From Chiloscyllium plagiosum (taxonomy: Eukaryota), in assembly GCF_004010195.1 (NCBI RefSeq), contig NC_057718.1:95136003-95200002 (forward strand): 64,000 bases of DNA, given 5' to 3'. Shown one piece after another: positions 39,358 to 50,710 of this stretch. The notes beneath the pieces are model-generated. The model searched no databases and was not told the DNA's origin. It saw only the letters and a list, made by a program, of their open reading frames with translations. Numbering within the stretch: position 1 is the first letter of the stretch; each line of letters starts with the position of its first letter. The position numbers were made by a program, and so were the translations under genes.

Positions 39358-39745
39358 GACAGAAGTAGTAGCCACACATGCAGATGACAGGCAACATGAG
39401 TTCGACTGGAACAACACTACTATTATAGGACAAACCAAATAGAGAACAGCCAGGGAATTCCTAGAGGCATGGCACTCATCCCCAGATTCTATCAACAAAC
39501 ACATCGACCTGGAACCAATATACCGGCCACTGCAGCGGACAGCTGGAACTGACAACCGAAAGCGGCAGAGACAAACCACTATAAATGCTGGAGGAAACAA
39601 CACAGAAGCGCTTCACAGGAGGCTCCCAAGCACTGAGGATGTCACCTAGACAGGGGACGAAACGTCTGCAACACAAATTCCCAGCTCGGCGAACAGGACC
39701 ACAACAACGAGCACCCGAGCTACAAATTTTCTCACAAACTTTAAA
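39358..39745 (+). mobile_element. Penelope-like element 3' end / pLTR
   Basis: HEFDWNNTTIIGQ...REFLEAWHS...INKHIDL-type GIY-YIG tail followed by an HHR-bearing terminal region. Confidence 0.88.
39630..39669 (+). ncRNA. Minimal type I hammerhead ribozyme motif inside the Penelope pLTR
   Basis: gca-CTGAGGA-t-gtcacct agac aggggac-GAAA-cg-TC-tgc. The core boxes, stem II, 3-bp stem I and palindromic ACGT are all present. Confidence 0.75.
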
Positions 39746-40675
39746 GGCAGAAGTTTTAAAATCCCACAGCCAAAAGTCTCATTAATGTTCAATACCTCAG
39801 TTTGTGTACGCTTCCTTGTCACTAAACATTTATGTTGGAATTCACACACAAAATTGGTCAGAAGGCAATTTTTTTTCCTACAGTGGAGATGTCATATCAT
39901 TAATAGGAGAGTGTCACACCATAACTTTACACCAGATTTTACAGGTGCAGATTCCATTACAAAGCTAGATACAAAAACTTTAATGGAAACACAAGAACAA
40001 CAATGGACGACATTAAGAGTTGGGACTAAATGCTGTGCACACATACGGATCTGAATCTTCACACTCTGGTTCAGCTTTATCTGAAATCCACACTTTGTTC
40101 TGACTTTCCAAGTGCTGCATGTCAGATGTTTGACTGGTACAAATAATAAATCACATCCACTTCTATCAATAGGTGTGTGTTCTATCTAGAATATTTATCG
40201 CACTGCAGCTATCAAGGTTAGATTTAAAAAGGTAATGCAATTTAGGAACCTTGTGAGTTGGAAGCAATTTGCAATTTACACATTTCACACATAGGCAGAC
40301 TTACATGAGGCACTGTTTACTACTTTAGCCTTATGAAAACTGGGTATCCAAGAGCACAGGAAATAGGGAACTGGAGTTTCACTTTAGTCAAATACACACT
40401 GCAGTACATGGCATAATGTTCCTGAACTTATAATGCTTCATTCAACTTTTAAGTAAAGCAAAAGATACTATACTTTACAGTATACAAAAACAAAGTACTG
40501 CTGATGCTGGAAACAATTGTGCTGTGCAAAAACTTAACAGGCCTGGTACCATCAGTGCAAAGAAAATGTTCATTTCTCAAGTCCAATATGACTCCTCTTT
40601 GGAACTGCTCTTGAATTTGATGTTGTCTTCACACATTAACATTTCACAATAATAAAAATAATGCAGCACACTTAC

Positions 40676-40717
40676 TGTGGATTCCAAAGTATCCATCATT
40701 CAGAATGCACTCTCCTT
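40676..40717 (-). CDS. GPCPD1: GPCPD1 coding exon 5 (EGECILNDGYFGIH)
   Basis: 42 nt, acceptor ttttctgttctag, donor ACA|GTAAGT, phase 1/1. Confidence 0.92.
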
Positions 40718-43516
40718 CTAGAACAGAAAAATAAAGTATTGGGAGAAGTCAATAATTGTTGCTGTAGAGACATTACCCAGTTTAAAATTAAACAATGTAT
40801 GGCAGTTTTAAAGTTGGATAAAATTCATTTGAAAGAAAGAGGAATTTTCCTGATATAAAGGCATTTTTTAAAAACTAAGTATATAAACATTGAAGTGCTT
40901 TGTAATCACAGACCTATCTTCAAAATTAAAGTTGAAAACTTTATTCAACACCCTTACAGGGCAGCATACTGAGCACTGAAGGCCATTTCCAGTCCTTAAA
41001 ATGTAAGCAAGATTTGTAAAACTGGAAAAAATAAGTCTTTCATTACCCCCAGCCAGTGAAATTCAGGGAGAATGATGGGGACAATAATAGCTACATCAAT
41101 TAATGATAAGGAAAATAAATATCAGAGCAATACATCAAATTAACATTACAATTACATAAAGGTTTCAACGAAGAACACAAGAAATAGGAGGGCTGGGCTC
41201 ACAACTTCCCAAACCTGCATGCTGTTCAATATTTGGTTGATCAAATATAGTCCAGAACACCACTTCTCTGCCCTCTCCCCATTTTAATTCTATTACAATT
41301 CAAAAAGACATCTCAATCTTGAACCTAATCAACTTCAGCCACTATAAGAGCAAAAACATGGGAAACGTAAACATTTCTTTTACAAAATGGGATAAGAATT
41401 GCTCCACTGGCCACAGTAATGTAATTACAGACTTCTTCCGTACCCTTCTTCATTCTGCAACTACTTCAGCAGATTTGAACCTGATTTTGTTCAAAGTAAA
41501 CTTCCTCACAACATGCCCCTTGGCAAAAAAGGGGACCAGCCAAAGCACACTTTTAGTACTTTGAGTCTTCGTTAACAGATGTCAGCAAAAGTAATGGAAA
41601 CTGTTTGCATTACATTATTGTTTAACTTGTTTTGGACTGGGAACAGTTACTTACTTTTAAAGAATGTTCTCACAGTTATGTCCCTTGCCTCTGCACTGAT
41701 TTTGAAACCAACGTGAAGCTACTAAACAGATAGAATATTCAAGTTGCTTTAACTTAGACATTCAATAGCATTATCTGGATATATCTGACCAGGCATGAGT
41801 TCTAGCATTTTAAATGACCCTCACTGCAGATGTAGTTACATGTGACAATCAATCTGGTAATTGCTTGGATAGTGAGGGCTTTAGAATGAGGCCTTTAATC
41901 AACCTTATCTTTACATGGGGATTACATCGGAACCACAGACAGCATTGATGACAAACTGCAAATAATAAATTACTTGAGTGCTGACAATTAACCCACTCTA
42001 CACAGCCTTTACTTTACTGATGCCTTTATGGGGAGCCTCAATAAACATGGGGGAAAGAATATGTCAATGAGATAAGAGGAGAATAGGGGGATGTTTGACA
42101 TACACCAGTATTGGTCTAATGGGCTGAATGTCTTGTCTGTGCTGCAACTTGACATTCTGGAATTTACATGTTGCCGGACAGATGGTACTGTATGGCAACG
42201 TTTGCGAAACTCCAGTTCCCTATTTCCTGTGCTCTTGGATATCCAGTTTTAGGATCTGGATAGAAGGCCTTCAGAACTCTTGTGCATGCATGACAACACT
42301 TTTTCCATTTGAACCTACTTTATGGCTTACTCCAACATTGCAAAGGCAAGTAGTCTGCACACGAAGGAATAGGTAAATAGATACATGGGAACCTCTGTAC
42401 ACAATCAGAATTTGGATCATTGAAGAGTTTCATCACAAACATTTTCTTCATGAACAGTTAGGTTTAATATAAACATTGAGACTCCAGAAGCCAAGTGCCA
42501 TTTTCCTAGAACGTTTTTATTGACTGTATTTGTTAAGTGACATTCAACAGACTACAGACATTTGATATTCAAAGCTGTTAACTGCCTTTACAGTAGGTGC
42601 AAAATATGGGATTTACTACATTTTCAGACACTTGGACAGAGTGCCAAAGCTATGCTGCATGAGAAGTATGAGCTAATGCAATTTTATGGTCTCAATTGGA
42701 TATACTGGTCCTGGGTTTGCTTTGCAACCACAGACCAACTTCAATCAGACAGATTCTGGAGGTAATACAAAAAGGAATTCTGAATTCTATCTTTCCATGA
42801 GTACCAGAACCCAGGATGATGTGGCAGGAGTCACTGATTCAAGGACACAACAGAGAGGGCTAATATCCTAGGATTGAGTCCCACTTTTAACAAAATTGCA
42901 ACATTGACAATTGTGTCAATGCTACAGGTACACTTTTGTCAACTGCATTGCAAATATCAATAAAAAGATATTAATGAGGTTAATGAGGTACTGGGAGGAA
43001 TGTGACTTTTCTTCAATTAAGAAATTGAATCAGTCACAAATTGCAGACGACAACTTGAATGGAGTCTGGTTTGAATAGAAAAGTTACCTTCTTATAGCAA
43101 TATCAGAAAACCTTGTGGCAGGCCCAAAGTGCCCCATTTTCCTGAAGCACCTAAACATGTTACTGCCTCAACTACAGCAGTGACATCTTGGGAGAACTGA
43201 GCATCTAGTGCAGTATGCATCTCCATAAAAACTTTTCTTCAGAATCTGCTATTACCTGGTGTTGCCTGTCCAGATGGTGACTTTTTGGCGTTTATACACC
43301 CTGCTTCTAAATATTGTACTCACCTGCAATTTAATTCAATTCTTCTCGATTTATAGGTCTGAGATGTTTTAATTGATTTCTTCTTCTGTACTTAAAGCAA
43401 ACCTTAAAAAAAACTAATGGCAAATTAGGTGCAAGATAGCACACTCAGCGGCAGCACACAGGGAAACAGCTCATGTGCTTCAGGTTTTTAGGGGGAAAGC
43501 ACAGCTGTGGTGCTGC

Positions 43517-43562
43517 ACACTGAAACAGCACTGTGCTGTACACTGAAACAGCACTGTGCTGT
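43517..43562. repeat. Perfect 2 x 23-bp tandem repeat acactgaaacagcactgtgctgt
   Basis: Read directly from the sequence. Confidence 0.9.
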
Positions 43563-45054
43563 TTTCTGGACTGTCAGGCAGGAACAGGCACATTGCATTC
43601 CTTAGCATATCAATACTGCAACTTTTTTTACTCAACCTTGAGAAGACTGGATGCTTCCCTGTAGCTTATCAAATTGGTCTCAATGATGCAATGGAGCTAA
43701 AGGCTCACCACAAGGGGTCAAGAAGTGGAAAAATACTTTAAGAGATACTTACAAAACAAAAACAAACATTGTACTTTGAAGAAATCTAAATCTCCACTGA
43801 GAATTACATATATAGAATACTCAATAGAAAACAACTCTTGACATGATTATTTAAGATAAAGTTACTTGCAACTGGGACAAATTTCATAGTAAAATAAATT
43901 TATGTTTATAAATTTAGAAAACTAACTGGGGCAAACAATGACATTGTCAACAAAAAATGGTACAAGCTAAGATTTATGCATGTTTAAAAAGAGACTAACT
44001 GTTTCCATAAATGCAAATATCAGTGCAAATGCAGCATAGTGAAGTTTTTAACCCACCAAAGCCACATACAATTGCACATTTTAAATACTTGTCCAGTCAA
44101 AACAGTGCAGGAATACATTGTCTATCAATGTGAATTGCCACGAATACATGATTTGCATTGTAGCAACATAAATTTGAAGTAGACTGTAATTTTGATGTTA
44201 CAATTGTAGCATTCTCTAAGAAAGCTTTATTCAGCTTTGGTAATAAAAATGGTACCACTGTGGCATTTAAATTCTTTTGGAAATGTTCAAATTTTTGGGT
44301 GGTCCAGGGATTAAAGCTGATTAATGGTTCAACATGGGAAAAAGCAAATCTGCACCCAAACTCTCTCTCTCCAAATACCAATGGACAAAGAGTATCAAAT
44401 AAAATGCAGCAGCTTTTCACCAAAGAGGTGGTAATGTAGGTGCTTGTGTAATCAATAAGATTTAAACAATAACAGATTACACTGTACATAGGTTTATACG
44501 TCCCTGTGGTCAGTATGACAGCAAACTGTCGACCATCTGTCCAACCTCATTTATGAGGAATGGTGCCAAGACAGCCAGAAGACAGAGAGGGAAAAATAAA
44601 TTTTAAATTAGTTGGTGTAATAGTTTACGCTAAATAACTTTTCAAAACTTTGAAATCTATGTCAATCTAAAGTATTGTGCAGAATCAACAAAATAACCTT
44701 GATGCAAAACAGCTTCTGTGACGTATTTTAAATGATAACTCTGAACGAAACTTAAGTTCAGAGCATCCCAAATACAGATCAAGAGATTAACCATAAAGGT
44801 ATACAAATATGCAAAGGTGTGAGGGAGGAATACACGACTGTTTAGAAGTGCTACTGATATATTCCTGTCCAACATGACAGATGTTTGGTTCATAAAAAGT
44901 CAGAAATATAATGTGGGAGCAAATATTGGTGTTAAGTAATATATCTCAAATTGAAAATTAAATGATTATTGTTAGATGCTTAATTTTATCACATGTAGCT
45001 CTGCTATTGCCAATCTGGCAGATAACAGAAACTCAATACACTGTAGTGACATAC

Positions 45055-45130
45055 CCGACGGATTAAATGATCGTGGATGAGGATGAGTCTCCCACTTGTT
45101 GACTAGCACTTGCCGAAGATCAGCAGGGTT
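45055..45130 (-). CDS. GPCPD1: GPCPD1 coding exon 4 (NPADLRQVLVNKWETHPHPRSFNPS)
   Basis: 76 nt, acceptor ttgactcag, donor CGG|GTATGT, CBM20 KWE motif. Confidence 0.95.
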
Positions 45131-47568
45131 CTGAGTCAAGTGATAAAAAGATTAAAGCCCTTTATCATAATGCAAAAGGACTAGAAGAAAATTCAAGCTC
45201 AGAGGACAAGAGATAAGTTTTAATCACTTCTGGGAAAGTGTTTACAACTTTTTCATAATGTGCTTTTTATGTAATAACATGATTGTCTGAAGCTACAAGT
45301 ACTGAGGATAATAACCAATATTTAAACTGGGTTAACCACAGTACATCTTAATAACAGCATATCAGAGCACCAACAGGTGACACCGCACAAGAGATGCAGA
45401 TTTGAACTTCTTACTGAAGAGTTCCAATCTCAACATTCCTGTCACAGGTCCCATCAATTCCCTACAGAGGAGAGAAAAGTTGGTAGGATTGCTATTGCCA
45501 GGTTATTGTCATGAGCTTCCAACTGGCTGTCTGACAGAACAGCTGTACTGGCAGATGCATAGAAACAGGCTGCCAGGTCTGCAGGAGGTGCATAGCCCGG
45601 CAAGACCTGCATAGGAAATAAATGGATTAGTTATTTATGTAAATCAGCATACATGCACCATACATACAATTACAAATTGCAGCTTAGACTCATTCTTCAA
45701 CATTACTAGTAATTATTCTGCCATTACATCAAAAAATTGGTGAACTACAGAAATATTATGATTGCTAAAATAACAATATAGTACTCTTCTTAAAGTTACT
45801 TAAAGGATCAAGATAGCATAGGGAATCAGAACTTTCATTCCAGCAGAGAACAATGAGACAAATCCCCACCCTCTAACTCTTAAGCATCTGCATGAAATAA
45901 CTGGGCAGACTCAGTACAGTTTAAATGCATGGGCCCCAGCACAAAAACTCCATTTCTGGTTTTGCTAGCAAGGAGAAAAATAATGACAGGTGTGGGAAAT
46001 GGGGAAAAAGCAATATTCGACAAAGTACGTGATACTACAGTTTGGCACTGAAAATTGAAAGTGTCCCCTTGTTAGAACTTAGAAAGTTCTAGGAGCACAA
46101 AAAAAAATCAAGAAAAAAATTAACATAAGCAAGCCTTAAATATCATATGTATTCTTCTTGAAGCAATACTATATCCATTACAAATTTTAAATACAAACAA
46201 ATTTGGTAAAATGATAAAAATTACATAAAGATCTATTTCATTTACTTAGGAATCAGGGCCTGTTTGTGCATCCAATAGTCAATACGACCAATACAATTTT
46301 AAAAAAATAATTGAAATGGCCACATACACACAATTTCTTTTTTTTAAAAAATGGGATATTTCAGTTTTGTCTGAACAAAATAGGTAAAATTAAAATCAGT
46401 GCTGCCAATAGGTCGACCTACTACAACAGTATCAATATCCATTTCAAAAACAAGTTTCAACTCAAGCCAACACTGATATCTCACATTCAGCTCAAGTTTT
46501 TAATCACCATTATCAACAAGAAACCTATAATCGCCAATGCCTTGATGTTATATGGCTCAAAATGCTCTTTCCAGACACAATCAATCAATTAAAACAAGAA
46601 GTCCACACACCCATTAAATGCTTTACAGAAATCCTAGTGGCAACACTGAAACAGTTTAAATTTCCTTTACTTCAATTTCAGTTCATTTGTATTATATAGT
46701 TCAGTTAGGATAGCAATTGATTTAAATTTTCAGTTTTTAATATACCCAATTTTTAATGAATTTTGAGGAAGTCCAGTTAAGTTAAAACTGAAGCCACTCA
46801 ATCTTAAGAATGAAACCTATTAAGATTTTAAAAAATTGCAACAGGCTGTTTGTTAAAAAGGAATCTAATGATGATAAACCTCCAAAGATGCTAATCAATT
46901 GCCAATTGAAAGAAAAGTAAGATGCTGCAACAGATTATTCACTGCTGCTAAAGTGAGCCAGCATTAAGAAACCCGCATTTAAAAGATAATGCAAAAGGAT
47001 GGAAAGGGACATGGGTCTAATCTATGCAGTTACTGCAGGAAAGTCTTTATTAACATGCACTCAGAGTGAAGGTGTTGATGCAGAACAGAATGGAACGTAC
47101 AGTAACACACTACTCTACCTCAACCAGTTAACCCACGATTTATTTTAGCCTTAACCAGAAGAAGCAAGATATCAGCTAACATTACAAATTCATCCATTAT
47201 ATAGCTGAGATTAAGAATTCTTACTAAGACAAATTTTTAAGCCAGAAAAGTTATGTCTTTTCTTTACCATTTTCTCTCCCTTACCCTGTAGAATTAGCAT
47301 TCATTTGTGTATGACAACAAACATCAGCAGGACAGTCAGCTGTCCTTTCTGCAGGAGAAGGGAAAGAAAAAAGGCCAGACTGCACCCATCTCCTAGTATA
47401 ACACTTTTCATTGCATTTTTCTTGTAAATGTACATTTATCAATAAATTCTAAATGTGCTTATACAACAAGAACCTGAAAGCAATTCATCCACCAGATTCC
47501 ACAGCAGGATCCTCCAAAACCCAAATATTAAACAAATGATGTAGTCATATCCCAAAAACAAGTCTTAC

Positions 47569-47653
47569 CTTGGGCTCCAGGACATAACATTTGAAGTAGC
47601 GATATTTGACAAGGGTGGCTCCAGGGAGAAAAACAGTCGCCCTCCACGTTAGG
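47569..47653 (-). CDS. GPCPD1: GPCPD1 coding exon 3 (LTWRATVFLPGATLVKYRYFKCYVLEPK)
   Basis: 85 nt, acceptor tttgtctgcag, donor AAG|GTAAGA. Confidence 0.95.
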
Positions 47654-48476
47654 CTGCAGACAAAAAATGGCAAAATCGTAGAAACATCCAATTAAGATGG
47701 TCATTTTTAGTTGCATTTTGACACAAACTAAATAGTTAGAGCCTTTAATACATGAGAACAGTTAATGATCACTGTGAACCAAAAGGGAATACAAAGCTGA
47801 AGATAAAATGGATTTTTAAAAAAACTATCGCCCAAGCTATCAGTGAAACACATTTACTTGCTAGCTTATAGCGAATAAAGAACTTGGTGATCAGACATAA
47901 TTGGCCCAGATATAGAAGTCAAAGAATTTCATGAGGGAACTGGCCTCCCAGAATTAGAGCTAACCTGGAGTCAAAGTCCAATTAACACGAACTGAGCAGA
48001 ACTATTCTTTAACTGTCAAAGGCCAGTGGCAAATATTAGAGTGGTAACACTTGACCATCAAACAAATCCCTTTTCAACATTGCTTAAAGGTATTTCTTGA
48101 AACAGAGATTTTCATCTCAACTCCAAATGTTTTCGATTGAAATGAGGAAAGAAACCGAACATCCACTGCAAAACCTGACAGGCAAACCAAGTCTACAGAT
48201 TCTGTTGATCACCTTCAGAAAATGAAAGAAAAAAAAAACAGGAGGAAAAAAGACAAGAAACAAATACATGTTAACTGGCAGACTAAATAAATTTAAATAA
48301 TTGAATTCCAACTAGACATGCCACAAATCTGAAACAAAGAGCTGGAGAAGCTCAGCAGGACTTTGGAGAGAAATTAGAGTCAATGTTTCGAGTCTAGTGG
48401 CCCTTTCTCAGAAAGGGATGCCACAAATGTGACCGTTTTACTCAGCGAGAATTTATCCTCTCTTACATTCATTTAC

Positions 48477-48567
48477 CTGTCGTTTTCATCTGGTTCCAGA
48501 AGCACTGCTTTCTGAGGATACCAATTGCCAAGTGCAGGTGAACTTCCACATACTGCAAATACTTCAC
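48477..48567 (-). CDS. GPCPD1: GPCPD1 coding exon 2 (EVFAVCGSSPALGNWYPQKAVLLEPDEND)
   Basis: 91 nt, acceptor ccttag, donor AG|GTAAAT, CBM20 LGNW motif. Confidence 0.95.
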
Positions 48568-50144
48568 CTAAGGTACAAAGGGAAAAAAAACTTGAACAGT
48601 AGTCAGGCACACAAAATATTAATAGGTTAAATAAACAAATATATAGATTTTGTAATAAATACTCATTGTAAACTTAGATGCTTATTATGAGTAACTCAAT
48701 AGCCGAGGTACAATTGATTGCCTTATGCTATGTTTGGTCAAGTGGAACTAATCACACTTTGAAGGATTATAGAAGAGTTACTCAAAATTTTCACTAGATC
48801 CAGACTACCCACAGAGATACAAACAGATCAAGGGTCAGATTTTACATCAAAATTATTCAGGGAAACTATGGATAGCTGAGGGATTGAATAATTCAAATCC
48901 ACTGTGTACCATCCAGAATTGCAGGGAGGATTAGAACTGTGGCATCAAACTTTGTATGAAAGAACTCTGCATAAAATTATTTATTTCTCATCTATTTCTA
49001 TATTATTACAGGTATTGCCACTAAAGAAATAACCACAGCACTGAGCGGATGGCCCCAGAAAGAAACCAGTTATGTCGTACTTGTGTTGCTCCCGATGGTC
49101 ACGCAGTCATTATCTATGCCTGAAGAAACAACTTAAAACATGGCACTGCAATTCCTTCCCCCTTTGGATCAGTCTGATGTCAAACAGTTTAGAGATTTGT
49201 GTCTGAAGTTGTTGAATGAGATATACATGAAGTGAACTTTGCAAATTCCAACATGGCTATTATCAATTTCTTAGTTAAACCACCAAATGATGGTAAAATA
49301 GCAACTTAATGATCTTCTGAAGTTTCATAATAACCCAAAGTGTCCCATGCTTTCTTTTCTTTGACTTGAGGTAATTGCATTAAAACCCAGAATTTCCAAG
49401 CCTGATTTTCTTTCTGTAATCCAACAAATTATACCCATATTTAAGTTGCTCATAAATATTTTGGTCGAATGTTTTAAACTGCCCCAGAAAATTTCCGTCA
49501 GCCTGCCTAAACCCTAAAGAATGAATAACTTGGCACCTTCTAAGAAGCCAAAATCGGTTAGCAGGCCTGCATTCTCTAGTGCTTATAATTTCTTTTTGCT
49601 GGAGTTCATTACACAAAGGATATTCTGTTGAGCATTGGCAGTTTATTTTAAGCTAATTATTGAGCACTGCAAAAACAAAAAAGAATGCTACTGATCTGCA
49701 GGAGACAGTTACTCAAGAACAAACAAGAATCAGTAAGCCATCAGGGCAGATGGGACATTGTAAGAGGACTAAAACTCTTGCTGGTGAGAACACCATTGAC
49801 CGTAGATAGATCATTGGCAGAGTTATAAATGCATGAGACATTAAATTTAAAAGACAATGTGCTAATTATCTTACAAACTATTTGATGCAGAGGATACCAT
49901 GTTAGGAATACTTTAAACTAGAAGTTTAAAATTATTTTAAAATCTTCAATGTATTCAATTTTTCCAGTCAGTGGAAATTCAACAGTGAAAGAGCAAGTGG
50001 CATAACCTGACGACATATAGATGGTGATGAAAGAAAATTTCTTGGATACTATTTAACCAGTAGCAATACTTGTAACAAATCTACAAATTAAAATAACAGA
50101 TTTTGAACTTCCCCACAAATCCAATTACAAGTGTAATTGGATTA

Positions 50145-50710
50145 CAGATAATTCTCCTGTAACACCATAGTTGTGTTCCAGCAAAATATCGCTTAATAGA
50201 AACAATGGGGGCTAGGGGAAAAGTGGAGTTGGGGCAGACAAGCAAAACATATCACTCATGATCGCTCAAAAATCATCCAGAAATCTAATGCAAAGTATAG
50301 CACAGCCTGAATGAAGGTTTAAATCATTTTTATTAACGAAACAAAAGTAAATTTAAAACACTACATTTAAAAAAACGCAACAAAGTTGCTCTCTGTACAG
50401 TACCTCTCATTGAAAGCTGCTCTGTCAGCAGCTGACATCTGCGCAGAATCGCACAGAGACTTCGGTGTGGACATCGTGCATTTGTGCAGAATGGTATGAA
50501 GACTGGCACCAACGTCATGCATGCATGGACACTGGCACATGCACAGAATGGCGCAGAGATTTCAGCGCGTGCTTCAGCGCATGTGCAGAATGAAGCATGC
50601 GAACCGAACCCCACTGAAATCACACTATTGCCAACAGAGGTAAGGGTTCAATTCTTCAGTGACATTATAGCCAAATAGTGATGAATTGCACTTTATCCCA
50701 GAACTACCTG
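50145..50710. mobile_element. Non-autonomous Tc1/mariner-type (Tigger/pogo-like) DNA element
   Basis: TA|cagataattct ... agaactacctg|TA imperfect TIRs with a TA target duplication; CpG-containing interior. Confidence 0.65.

Noticed and set aside
41649..41730. NAGNAG acceptor plus a GTAAGT donor (64/67-nt unit)
   Set aside because: Short pyrimidine tract and no independent supporting feature; indistinguishable from a chance pseudo-exon.
43517..43562. CRISPR-like repeat
   Set aside because: Two abutting copies with no spacer, in a vertebrate intron.
50400..50620. CpG island or promoter
   Set aside because: Short, and lies inside a TIR-bounded transposon.
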